In this document: positions 18,849-28,004 of the stretch, piece by piece
Numbering within the stretch: position 1 is the first letter of the stretch
Layout of the letters: every line of letters begins with the position of its first letter
Assembly: GCA_037441845.1 (NCBI GenBank)
Contig: JBBIRK010000003.1
Location: 256,001 to 320,000, forward strand
Reading direction: 5' to 3'
Length of the DNA: 64,000 nucleotides
Source of the DNA: Candidatus Zixiibacteriota bacterium
Lineage (GTDB): Bacteria > Zixibacteria > MSB-5A5 > UBA10806 > 4484-95
The notes under the pieces: model-generated
What the model saw: the letters and a program-made list of their open reading frames with translations, nothing else
Database searches by the model: none
Told to the model about the DNA's origin: nothing
Position numbers and translations under genes: made by a program

Positions 18849-19917
18849 GGCCGTATCCGACGTATTGGAGTCCGGTCGACTGGTTTGCGGTCCGGTCGTC
18901 GAGAAATTCGAACGAAATCTGGCCGACTATCTCGGTGTTCCCGATGTGGTATGCGTATCATCGGGCACCGCCGCGTTGCACCTTGCTTTATTGGCGGCCG
19001 GAGTCAGCAGTGGGGACGAAGTAGTCGTGCCGGCATTCACTTTCCCTGCCACTGCAAACGTCGTCGAGCATATCGGAGCCCGACCGGTCTTCGTGGATAA
19101 TGCCCCGGGCGGCGTAAATTTGGATGCAGACAAACTCGAAAGCTTGATCAGTCCAAAAACCAAAGCGATTATGCCCGTTCACGCTTTTGGATTTCCCGCG
19201 GATATGGCCAAAATACTGGAAATCGCCGGCAGACATATGATTCCGGTGATTGAGGATGCCGCGTGCGCCCTGGGTTCGCGCTATGAGGGCAGACTGTGCG
19301 GCACGTTCGGGATCATGGCAGCTTTCAGTTTTCACCCCCGCAAATTATTGACCACGGGCGAGGGCGGCGCTATCGCCGTGCAAGACCGGAAATCGGCTGA
19401 ATTATTGAAAAGCCTGCGCAATCATGGCAACGAAAACGGCGAATTCCGTCATGCCGGCTATAATTATCGCATGACCGAGATGCAGGCGGCTATCGGCATT
19501 TCCCAGCTTGAAACATACGATGAATATATCGCCGAACGCGGGCGGCTTGCCGATGCTTATCGGCGGATGTTGGGCAATCATATCAATATGGAAATGGAAA
19601 CGCCGGAACCGAATACGACACCGAATTGGCAGACAATCTTGGCACAAGTCGGTCCGGGTGTGGATCGCGATGAATTGATCAAATTCCTGGCGGCTCAGGG
19701 CGTGGAAACATCCATAGGCACCTACTGTGTGCCGCTTACTCCTTATTACCGCAATAAATATGGTTTCGAGCCAGCTGATTTCCCTTGGGCGTACGAGGCA
19801 TTCAAGAACCGTATCGCATTGCCGCTTTATTCCGCAATGCCGATTTCGGATATCGAAAAAGTGATCGACGCCATCAGGCGATTCGAAGACTCGTTAGTGG
19901 AGGTCGGGACTTCATGA
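18790..19917 (+). CDS. DegT/DnrJ/EryC1/StrS PLP-dependent sugar aminotransferase
   Basis: SSGTAALHLAL, IEDAACALG, FSFHPRKLLTTGEGG, GYNYRMTE. Confidence 0.95.
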   Translation: MAKSSAINLIRPNLSRQAFKAVSDVLESGRLVCGPVVEKFERNLADYLGVPDVVCVSSGTAALHLALLAAGVSSGDEVVVPAFTFPATANVVEHIGARPVFVDNAPGGVNLDADKLESLISPKTKAIMPVHAFGFPADMAKILEIAGRHMIPVIEDAACALGSRYEGRLCGTFGIMAAFSFHPRKLLTTGEGGAIAVQDRKSAELLKSLRNHGNENGEFRHAGYNYRMTEMQAAIGISQLETYDEYIAERGRLADAYRRMLGNHINMEMETPEPNTTPNWQTILAQVGPGVDRDELIKFLAAQGVETSIGTYCVPLTPYYRNKYGFEPADFPWAYEAFKNRIALPLYSAMPISDIEKVIDAIRRFEDSLVEVGTS

Positions 19918-20849
19918 AAGCGGCGATAGCCGGGAATACTTCTCTCACATACTATTGTCTTGAGTATTTGTGTCGCTCGGGAATGACGGATCTGATTTTG
20001 ATTTTGCCCAGAAACAATCATAACGATAATTATGACCTGGCGGAATTCGATTCACTTGTGAGAGAATTCGCTTTACCCTATTTCAAAATTCCCGTTCCCC
20101 ATGACGAGAATGATATACCGGAAGTCGATTTGTTGGTCTGCCTTGAATGGCCGGAGAGGTTGCGTTTGCCGCTTAATCCCAGATCGGGAGTGATTTCGAC
20201 TAATCTATTCAGACAATTTTCGACAAAAAGCATCAGCGACCTGGCCGCCGCCCTCGATAGCGGAGCCGATCATTTCAAGCTCGAGCTGGCGTTAGCCTCG
20301 CCTGCGACGGAAAAAAAGACGATCGTCGCCGCGGTGGAATTGCCGATTTGCGAATTCGACAATCTGCGGTCTCTGAAGACCAAGGCCGCCGCCGCGACAG
20401 CCAGACAATTACTGGGGATGTTAACCGAAGGTCGGTTTCTGGGGGAGAACAATCCAAGAGCAGGGACGGGCTTATTAACGTCGAGATTCGACAGGGCAAT
20501 CGATTGGTATCGACCGGTCGGCGAGATTCAAAATAAAGTAAGAGCATATACTCATCCCGGACCGGGCTGTATCACTCGCATGGAGAATCATAGTCTCTAT
20601 GTATGGCACGGGCACGCATTCGACAAGTCAAGCGGAATTTATGAACGGGCGGAACCGGGGACCGTGCTCGATGTCGTAGAAGAGGTGGGGATAGCGCTGC
20701 AAGCGGCGGACGGATCTTTTCTAATAACCAAAATTCAGCAGGCGGGAGCGCCCGAGTTACCCTCATGGGTGTGGGCATACGGATTTCATCTCAAGCCGGG
20801 TGATAGATTCGATTCGGTGAGTCAAGGACGAGTTACCTTGGCCGTTTAA
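19914..20849 (+). CDS. Formyltransferase-fold protein (Fmt/ArnA-like), catalytic motif degenerate
   Basis: C-terminal IDW....EI.NKVRAYTHPGPG and PGTVL..IALQAADG.FLIT; start at ATG 19914 (ATGA overlap, SD GGAGG). Confidence 0.65.
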   Translation: MKAAIAGNTSLTYYCLEYLCRSGMTDLILILPRNNHNDNYDLAEFDSLVREFALPYFKIPVPHDENDIPEVDLLVCLEWPERLRLPLNPRSGVISTNLFRQFSTKSISDLAAALDSGADHFKLELALASPATEKKTIVAAVELPICEFDNLRSLKTKAAAATARQLLGMLTEGRFLGENNPRAGTGLLTSRFDRAIDWYRPVGEIQNKVRAYTHPGPGCITRMENHSLYVWHGHAFDKSSGIYERAEPGTVLDVVEEVGIALQAADGSFLITKIQQAGAPELPSWVWAYGFHLKPGDRFDSVSQGRVTLAV

Positions 20850-20859
20850 GGACCGAACT

Positions 20860-21090
20860 TTGCGGAAATTACGCTACAAGAGCGGTCGCTTGCTTTCGAA
20901 AATGTTGCATAGCGGCGTCGTTTTCGAGGGCGACGAAAAAACATTTGAAATAGAGGTGCCGGGCATGGGAAGAATGAGAACCGGCAAGATTCATTGTTGC
21001 TTTCATAAAACCGAAGCCCGACGTAACGATACGGTCGAAAAACAAAAAAGCGGGATGCAGCCCGTAGAGGAAGGTTTATCGCGTGGGTAA
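20860..21090 (+). CDS. Small hypothetical protein (76 aa)
   Basis: Fills the gap between two operon genes, AAGGA before TTG, overlaps the next start. Confidence 0.5.
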   Translation: MRKLRYKSGRLLSKMLHSGVVFEGDEKTFEIEVPGMGRMRTGKIHCCFHKTEARRNDTVEKQKSGMQPVEEGLSRG

Positions 21091-21628
21091 ATGGCGTTCG
21101 CATGGATCCGGTCTTGATTTCCTGGCGAATCTCGGCTGGCTCGGAAAAAACGTTATTATCGAAGACGGCGTGCGGATATTTTTCCCGGAAAAAGTTGAGA
21201 TAGGCGACGACGTATATATCGGCCATGATACGATACTGAAAGGATATTTCGATCGCCGCCTGGTTATCGGAAGCGGAACTTGGATCGGGCCTCAATGTTT
21301 TATCTACGCCGCCGGCGGGATCAAAATCGGTCGAAACGTGGGAATAGGGCCGAAAGTCACGATTATGTCTTCGGCACATAAAGACGACGGCAACCATGGT
21401 CCGATTTTGCATAAGCCGCTCGAATTCGCGCAGGTGGTTATCGATGACGGCAGCGATATAGGGGCGGGCGCGACGATACTTAAAGGAGTCCGCATCGGCA
21501 AGGAGGTTCAAATCGGCGCCGGGGCGGTAGTGACTAAAGATATCCCGGATATGGCGATTGCCGCCGGGGTTCCCGCAAAAATAATAAGGGTGAAAAAAAC
21601 GCAGATGGCAGATGTCGAAAGCAGGTAA
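21083..21628 (+). CDS. Hexapeptide-repeat (LbH) acyltransferase
   Basis: IGDDVYIG, IGRNVGIG, IGAGATILKGV.IG, GAGAVVTKD, GVPAKII. Confidence 0.92.
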   Translation: MGKWRSHGSGLDFLANLGWLGKNVIIEDGVRIFFPEKVEIGDDVYIGHDTILKGYFDRRLVIGSGTWIGPQCFIYAAGGIKIGRNVGIGPKVTIMSSAHKDDGNHGPILHKPLEFAQVVIDDGSDIGAGATILKGVRIGKEVQIGAGAVVTKDIPDMAIAAGVPAKIIRVKKTQMADVESR

Positions 21629-22148
21629 TAAATATCCGCAGAAGGGGAATATTCCAGCGCCGGTTGTCCGCACCTACGGTCGTTTCGTCTCCAAGGATTT
21701 CCTCAAGCTTGCGCGCAACAGCTACGCGGTGAAAAAGTATTCGCGTGCGATCGATAACTGTCGTCTTGCGGTCGATATGGCCATTAAAAACAAGAATAAC
21801 GCCGCCGCCGCGGAGGCCTACGATCTCTGGATAAACATTCTTCTCCAGGAAGGTAAGTATGCCGAAGTCAAAAAAACGGCGTGCGAGGCGCGAAGCCGTA
21901 TCGGTAATTATCTCGATCTTCTTTATTACGAATTCGTAGCCTCTCTGCATCTCGGCAATCCGCAAAATTCCGTCAGGCTCGGTCGGGAATTCGTTCAGCT
22001 TGCCGAGTCGATCGACGGTAAAGATTCATTCGGCACTCTAAGTAGAAATAAAGTCGATGAAGTAAAAGCAATAATTCAAAATCCGGACGGCGGTCCCACC
22101 GATCACCCCGGTGATGAGGCAGAACATGAAATCCCGAATATCCCATAA
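21612..22148 (+). CDS. Stand-alone TPR-like protein, paralogous to the N-terminus of the next gene
   Basis: Helical repeats; IGNYLDL aligns with LGDYLDL of 22111..24948. Confidence 0.65.
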   Translation: MSKAGNKYPQKGNIPAPVVRTYGRFVSKDFLKLARNSYAVKKYSRAIDNCRLAVDMAIKNKNNAAAAEAYDLWINILLQEGKYAEVKKTACEARSRIGNYLDLLYYEFVASLHLGNPQNSVRLGREFVQLAESIDGKDSFGTLSRNKVDEVKAIIQNPDGGPTDHPGDEAEHEIPNIP

Positions 22149-24948
22149 GAGAATGAATAATCCCGAATCGATGTTGCTAAAGGCTGAGAAAGCATTGGCC
22201 GCAAAAGATATCGAGAAGGCCGTCGCTTTCTGCGAGAAAGCCATGAAATTGCGTCAATCGCCGGATACCCGCCGCAAGCTTGCCCGACTCTACTTCATGC
22301 ACGTATTATCGCTAATGGAATCGAACGACTACGACAAGGCGAATCAAATTATCTCTCGGGCAGAAAAGACGCTGGGCGATTATCTCGATCTGACTTTCAT
22401 GAAAATAAGCTCGGCTTTCGGCTCAGGCGACTTCGCCAAGACGATCCGACTGATCTCGGAATTCGAATCCCAGCGCGAAAAAACCGATAAGTTGCGCGAC
22501 GAAGGCTTTGCCGAATCTTACGATCAATTTCCCGAAATATTATGGTTAGGATCGGAGGCGGCAGGGAAGCTGCTCGATACTGAGCTTTCGACCAGCTTGA
22601 TGGAAAAATCGCTCGAGCTCGCCCCGGACCATCATGCGCACCGGGTCCATCTCGCTTCCTTTCTTGCGAAAATGGGCAAGGATGAAAAAGCTTTGGCGGT
22701 GATCGATGAGGGGATAAAGAGATATCCAGCGGTGGTCGCACTGCAAAATGCCAAGGGCATGGTATATGCGGAAATGGAACGATTGAGCGAGGCGGAATCG
22801 ACAATCAAGGAATTTATCGAAAAATATCCCTCCGACATCGACGCCATAAATAATCTTGGGGTGGTTTACGATAAAATGGGTTTGTATGAAAAAGCCCAAG
22901 CCCAATTTCAAAAGGCGCTGGAACTGGATCCGAACAACCAGACCGCTCGGGATAATCTAAATTATCTGAAAAACAATATAGCGACAGAACCGCAAAGAAT
23001 TTCGCTCTGTATGATCGTTAAAAACGAAGAGAAGTTTTTGCCGGGATGCTTGAAAACGGTTAAGGGTCTGGTCGATGAAATAATCGTTGTGGATACCGGT
23101 TCCACCGACCGCACCATGGAAATCGCCCGCGAATACGGAGCGAAAATTTTTGAACATCCATGGCAAAACGATTTTTCATTCCATCGCAATCAATCGATCG
23201 ACTACGCTACAGGCGATTGGATACTCATTTTGGATGCCGACGAGGAGCTGGATCCTGCCGAGCACGATATTATCCGCTCGGTGGTCAAACGCAAAGACAT
23301 AGATTCGGTTTCGTTCGTGGTTTACAACAAGATTCAATCCGGCAGGGTGGGTTTCCTGAACTCTCAGAGACTTTTCCGCAACGGCAAAGGATTCAAGTAC
23401 TCGGGGATCGTTCACAATCAACTCGAAATTAGCGGCAAGACGCTCATGAGCCACCTGAAAGTGATCCATCACGGTTACGGCTTGCCGGACGAAATGATGC
23501 GCAAGAAAGCGGAGCGCACGGAAAAACTGTTGCTGGCGCAGCTGGAGGAGAATCCGGATGCGATATTCCCGCATTTCAACTTGGCGCAGATATACCGGGG
23601 GATGGGCGAGCCCGCCAAGAGTCTTGAACATGCCAAGATCGTGGTCGAAAAATTGGGCCCGGACGACCTTGATCGGAGACATGTTTACGCCATGGCGCTC
23701 GATCAGATGGGGTGCGCTTATATCGGACTCGAACGGTTCGACGAAGCCGAAGAGGTGTTTTTGAAAACGCTCGAATTCAAAGACGATTATCTGGATCCGA
23801 TGTTCAATCTCGGCTATATGTATATGCGACAGCAACGTCATGACGATGCCGAAAAGATATTCGAAAGATACCTATTGACCAAGAGCAGATATTCGCCTCA
23901 TCGTGAATGGCTGGGGTTGATCTTGAATAATCTGCACAGCGAATTCGCCGTTTATTACGGGCTGGGATTGATCTCGTTTGTCAGAAAAAATTACGATCAA
24001 GCGATCGAAAGATTGCATAGGGCGCTCGATTACACCGATGATTTCGAATATCTACACCATTTGTTGGCGCGCTGTTATCGCGAGAAAAACCAATTCACGA
24101 AAGTTCTCGAACATTGCGCAAAAGCGATTCAGTATGGTCACGAGGACGCTGAAATTAGAATGATCGAGGGGGAAGCGTATTTGAATTTGGGCAGGTCGTC
24201 CGAGGCGAAGAAATCGTTCGCTCGCGCACTCGAGTTGAATCCTGCATTAAGCGAAGCGCATCTGGGCATGATCGGTGCTTCTTCGATCGACAGCAATCCG
24301 CAAGAAGTGCTGCGACAGCTCGACGAATTCCTCGAAAAAATTTCGCCCTTTTCTCCTCAGGGGATAGCTTCCCGTGGCGATCTGCTTTTCGAAATGGGAG
24401 ATTATGCGGGAGCCTTGCGAAGCTATCATGATTCGAATCGTATCGCTCCCGATGATTTCAAAGTGTTGAATAACCTCGGAAATTGTTTCACCAAAAGCGG
24501 AAATTTCGCCTCTGCCGAGGAATACTACCGCAAAGCGATCGGCATCAATCCGAAGTTTCTTGCCTCGTACAGGAATCTCGCCGTCGCTTTAATCGGCCAA
24601 AACAAGCACCAGGAAGCGCTCGAATACCTCGAATTTTATAGGAATAACAATCCGAACGATGCCGATGTCTATGCCACGATGGGAGATCTTTATTACGGGC
24701 AAAAGCGATATAATGCGGCAATTGACAGCTATGAAAAATACTTGCAGCATCAGCCGAACAGCCTCGATGCCATAGTCAGATTGGCCGATTGCTATTTCAA
24801 TCAGGGGAAAATTTCCGCCGCCGCGGCCGGGTATAAAGCCGTCTTAAAAAGAAATCCTGAACACGGGATCGCCGCCCAGCGGCTCTCGGCCATCATCGAG
24901 TATTCTAAGCCGATACAAGATAAGAAGATAGAACCGGTAACACCCTGA
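22111..24948 (+). CDS. TPR + GT2 glycosyltransferase, probable flagellin-modifying enzyme
   Basis: ISLCMIVKNEE, VDTGSTD, DFSFHRN, LILDADE, IHHGY flanked by many TPRs; immediately upstream of flagellin; start may be 22126 or 22153. Confidence 0.88.
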   Translation: MMRQNMKSRISHKRMNNPESMLLKAEKALAAKDIEKAVAFCEKAMKLRQSPDTRRKLARLYFMHVLSLMESNDYDKANQIISRAEKTLGDYLDLTFMKISSAFGSGDFAKTIRLISEFESQREKTDKLRDEGFAESYDQFPEILWLGSEAAGKLLDTELSTSLMEKSLELAPDHHAHRVHLASFLAKMGKDEKALAVIDEGIKRYPAVVALQNAKGMVYAEMERLSEAESTIKEFIEKYPSDIDAINNLGVVYDKMGLYEKAQAQFQKALELDPNNQTARDNLNYLKNNIATEPQRISLCMIVKNEEKFLPGCLKTVKGLVDEIIVVDTGSTDRTMEIAREYGAKIFEHPWQNDFSFHRNQSIDYATGDWILILDADEELDPAEHDIIRSVVKRKDIDSVSFVVYNKIQSGRVGFLNSQRLFRNGKGFKYSGIVHNQLEISGKTLMSHLKVIHHGYGLPDEMMRKKAERTEKLLLAQLEENPDAIFPHFNLAQIYRGMGEPAKSLEHAKIVVEKLGPDDLDRRHVYAMALDQMGCAYIGLERFDEAEEVFLKTLEFKDDYLDPMFNLGYMYMRQQRHDDAEKIFERYLLTKSRYSPHREWLGLILNNLHSEFAVYYGLGLISFVRKNYDQAIERLHRALDYTDDFEYLHHLLARCYREKNQFTKVLEHCAKAIQYGHEDAEIRMIEGEAYLNLGRSSEAKKSFARALELNPALSEAHLGMIGASSIDSNPQEVLRQLDEFLEKISPFSPQGIASRGDLLFEMGDYAGALRSYHDSNRIAPDDFKVLNNLGNCFTKSGNFASAEEYYRKAIGINPKFLASYRNLAVALIGQNKHQEALEYLEFYRNNNPNDADVYATMGDLYYGQKRYNAAIDSYEKYLQHQPNSLDAIVRLADCYFNQGKISAAAAGYKAVLKRNPEHGIAAQRLSAIIEYSKPIQDKKIEPVTP

Positions 24949-24959
24949 ACTTAAAATGC

Positions 24960-24986
24960 TAATCTTTTTCTCTGTCTTGCCGAAAC
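24960..24986 (+). promoter_or_regulatory. Sigma28 (FliA) promoter of flagellin
   Basis: TAAT-N15-GCCGAAAC upstream of fliC. Confidence 0.7.
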
Positions 24987-25078
24987 AATACACAAAAGCT
25001 TCGCATCGTTGGCGCATTACAAAAAAAGGAGGAAACAAGAAAGAGGAAAAGCCGCAGTAATTTTTCTCGATCAATTTT

Positions 25079-25119
25079 TGCAGACAAAGGATGTTTGCAG
25101 ACCAAATTCAAGGAGGAAT
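25079..25119 (+). promoter_or_regulatory. Two CsrA-type hairpins in the flagellin leader
   Basis: TGCAGACA-AAGGA-TGTTTGCA (GGA in loop) and ATTC-AAGGAG-GAAT overlapping the SD. Confidence 0.75.
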
Positions 25120-25124
25120 CTTAA

Positions 25125-27380
25125 ATGGCATTAAGAATCAACCACAACATCACGGCTCTGGATGCCTGGCGCAATTTGACCAATACCACGCGCAAGATGG
25201 GCGTGACGATGGAGAAGTTGTCGTCCGGTTTCCGGGTTAACAGGGCAGCCGATGATCCGGCCGGCCTGGTTATTTCCGAGCAGTTCAGAGCGCAGATTGC
25301 CGGTTTGAATCGCGCCGTGCAAAACTCGGAAGGGTCGATCAACATGATTCAGACCGCCGAGGGAGCGCTCAACGAAATCAACAACCTGTTGGTTTCGATG
25401 AGAGAACTGGCAATCCACGCCGCCAACGAAGGTTTCAACGATGCCGATCAGCTTGCCGCTGATCAGGCTGAAATAACCAACGCCATCAGAACCATCAACA
25501 GAATCGCCGCCAACACCCAGTTCGGCACGAAGAAGCTGCTCGATGGTTCCGCGGCAAACGTGGCTGCCATCACGACCTCGAATACCTCGCAGGTCACCTT
25601 GACCGAGTCGCAGTTGCTGGCGGGTGTGCACAGCATCACCGCCGTGAAGCTGACCGAATCGACCGCCACGATCGACACTACGACATTCGGACTTTCGAAT
25701 CCAGCCAGCCCATATAACCTGTCCGATGGCGTGCATAACATCGACGTCATCCAAGCTTCCGCAGGCGCAGTGAAGGTGGGTAATGCGATCAGCGCCTTGG
25801 ACGCTTGGGGCAAAGGCATTTCGGTAACCGGAACTGCCGCCTCGGTGAGAGCCGCATATATCAGGGCTGCTACCGGCATGACGACAGTGGCCAACAACGT
25901 CCAGCATACGATCGTCTTCCAGATAAACTATCAGGAGATGGGATCCAATCCAGTCGGAATGCAGACGTTGACGATTCGCACTGATGCCGTTGCGTCATCG
26001 GCTCTTGCGGCCAATATAGTGGCCAAGCTGAACGACGCCATCAACGCAAATACATATCTTGCCGGCAAAGTGCAGGCCACGGTTACGGATGCTGCAGGTG
26101 GACCGGACTCGATCCGTATCGCCACCACCGGAACCGGGACCCAGTATTCGATAGCTGTCGGCAGCATAACCGCCACCAACGCCAGCATCAACTCTGCCTT
26201 GAGCGGCTTGGCTAACCGCAACGATCGTGGTCGTTCCGGCAATCAATTGTCGATAACGGCGCAGTTCGCTTCCAGTTCGACGCTGGTTGACGCCTTTACC
26301 CGGACCCGGACTTTCGCGATCGGCAGCGGAACGTTCACTACTCTGTCGGCTCTGGTAGCCACGATCAACGCCAAACTGACCCTGGATAGCATCTTCGGTA
26401 CCTATAACGATACAACGGCCGGCGAAGCCCAAAAAGTGTACGCAACCGTTGTGAGCGCCGGCGGTCTTTCATATCTGAAGTTCTACACTTCGGATGAAGG
26501 CTCCAAGTATTCCTTGAAGATCAACGCCACGGGCGGAACCGCCACGTCGCTCAACACGGCGCTCGGTCTGACTATCGACACGATCGCCAAGACCGGTACT
26601 GACGCTATCGTGCGATTCGACGGCTACAACAACACGATCAACGACGTCCGCTATTTCTTCACCGCATCGCTTTACAACGAGAGCGTAAGCCTTTACACCT
26701 CCGACAACATCAACACCCGCGGCTCGATCACTCTCGATAGGGCTATGGCCCAGACGAACGGCGGAATTCTCGTCGGCAATATGTTGTTGACCGTGAGAGC
26801 CAGAACCTACAGCGTTCAGCTCGACGGCGGGCCGGCGACGGTGGTAACCGCTGGACAAAGCGCGACCATCTTCAATTCCCAGCGCGACCAATCGATCTCG
26901 GTGCGGTATTCGCTGAAATCGGAAGGTGGAACCGAGCAACTTTATGTCACCGATCGGTCGCTGGTATTCCAGATCGGCGCGAATGTCGGCCAGACAGCGA
27001 GAATCGGCATGGACAACATGTCGGCTGATACGCTGGGCCGCAACGTGTCCAATTCTCAATTTGGCAGCCTGGCTGAAATCGACGTGACGACTTCCTCGGG
27101 CGCCCAGGATGCCCAGCGTGTTATCGATCAGGCGATAACCGAGGTGACCAATGCGCGCGGCAAGCTCGGGTCGTTCCAGAAGAATACTCTGGAATCCAAC
27201 CTGACCAACCTCAGGATTGCCGCCCAGAACCTGACGGCTTCTGAATCGACGATTCGCGACACCGACATGGCCAAAGAGATGTCCGAATTCGTCAGACATC
27301 AGATTCTGCTTCAGGCGGGCACGGCGATGCTTGCTCAGGGCAATCAGATACCTCAAGTCGTGCTTTCTTTGTTCCGGTAG
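25125..27380 (+). CDS. fliC: Flagellin (751 aa, large Thr/Ser/Ala-rich variable region)
   Basis: MALRINHNI, EKLSSGFRVNRAADDPAGL.ISE, FQIGAN, NLTASESTIRDTDMAKEM..F...QIL.QAG.AMLAQ.NQ.PQ.VLSL. Confidence 0.98.
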   Translation: MALRINHNITALDAWRNLTNTTRKMGVTMEKLSSGFRVNRAADDPAGLVISEQFRAQIAGLNRAVQNSEGSINMIQTAEGALNEINNLLVSMRELAIHAANEGFNDADQLAADQAEITNAIRTINRIAANTQFGTKKLLDGSAANVAAITTSNTSQVTLTESQLLAGVHSITAVKLTESTATIDTTTFGLSNPASPYNLSDGVHNIDVIQASAGAVKVGNAISALDAWGKGISVTGTAASVRAAYIRAATGMTTVANNVQHTIVFQINYQEMGSNPVGMQTLTIRTDAVASSALAANIVAKLNDAINANTYLAGKVQATVTDAAGGPDSIRIATTGTGTQYSIAVGSITATNASINSALSGLANRNDRGRSGNQLSITAQFASSSTLVDAFTRTRTFAIGSGTFTTLSALVATINAKLTLDSIFGTYNDTTAGEAQKVYATVVSAGGLSYLKFYTSDEGSKYSLKINATGGTATSLNTALGLTIDTIAKTGTDAIVRFDGYNNTINDVRYFFTASLYNESVSLYTSDNINTRGSITLDRAMAQTNGGILVGNMLLTVRARTYSVQLDGGPATVVTAGQSATIFNSQRDQSISVRYSLKSEGGTEQLYVTDRSLVFQIGANVGQTARIGMDNMSADTLGRNVSNSQFGSLAEIDVTTSSGAQDAQRVIDQAITEVTNARGKLGSFQKNTLESNLTNLRIAAQNLTASESTIRDTDMAKEMSEFVRHQILLQAGTAMLAQGNQIPQVVLSLFR

Positions 27381-27388
27381 TGATTCCA

Positions 27389-27423
27389 GGGGGAGGGCCT
27401 TCATCGAGGCCCTTCCCCGTTTG
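27389..27423 (+). terminator. GC-rich hairpin after fliC (terminator or stabiliser)
   Basis: GGGGGAGGGCCT-TCATCG-AGGCCCTTCCCC followed by GTTT; short U-tract. Confidence 0.6.
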
Positions 27424-27437
27424 AAAAGGATCTGGCC

Positions 27438-27821
27438 ATGAATACGGAAATAGCCAATGTTGCGCGTATCAAAACCGCTGAGACCAGAACCGTCTTGTTG
27501 CGGGATTTGATCAGAGCTGGCCAGTCTATTAAAAGCGATTTTCACGTCAAATCGATTTTAAAGGATTCAACCGATACATTGGCCGATTCGGAACGATTAA
27601 AGAATAAAATCGCCAAAGCCGTTGAGTATTTCGAAAAGTTCGCTCGTGATTTTCAATTCGACCTGCGGTTCTCGGTCGATGAAAGTTCGAATTCGATAGT
27701 AATCAAGGTGTTGGAAAAAGGTACTGATAAAGTTATCAGGCAAATTCCCCCCGATGAAATTTTGAGACTTAGACAGAGGATAAGTGATCTTTTGGGCGCT
27801 TTATACGACAGCAAAGCGTGA
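27438..27821 (+). CDS. flaG: Flagellar protein FlaG
   Basis: LRFSVDE.SNSIVIKV...TDKVIRQIPPDEIL. Confidence 0.9.
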   Translation: MNTEIANVARIKTAETRTVLLRDLIRAGQSIKSDFHVKSILKDSTDTLADSERLKNKIAKAVEYFEKFARDFQFDLRFSVDESSNSIVIKVLEKGTDKVIRQIPPDEILRLRQRISDLLGALYDSKA

Positions 27822-28004
27822 GATAAGGTTCGGCCGTATTGATTTGTCGCGTCCATACGGCGCCTTGTATCGCTCAAAATCGATTATTTTGGAAAGAAGT
27901 TTATTAATGATAAGTCTGCGATATAGAATAAACGAAATTTCTTCAATCGAAAAGCGACGGAGCCTGCGGCAATGCGCTCCGGAGGGAATAAATCGAGGTT
28001 AACG

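Noticed and set aside
19785..19913. N-terminal extensions in the ORF track (also 8771, 27972, 30759, 43093, 47634, 53812)
   Set aside because: They overlap upstream genes or promoters; downstream starts have an SD, coupling or family-consistent N-termini
25131..27545. Long antisense ORFs over flagellin (258 aa, 358 aa)
   Set aside because: Shadows of the strongly biased codon usage of fliC; no recognisable protein features
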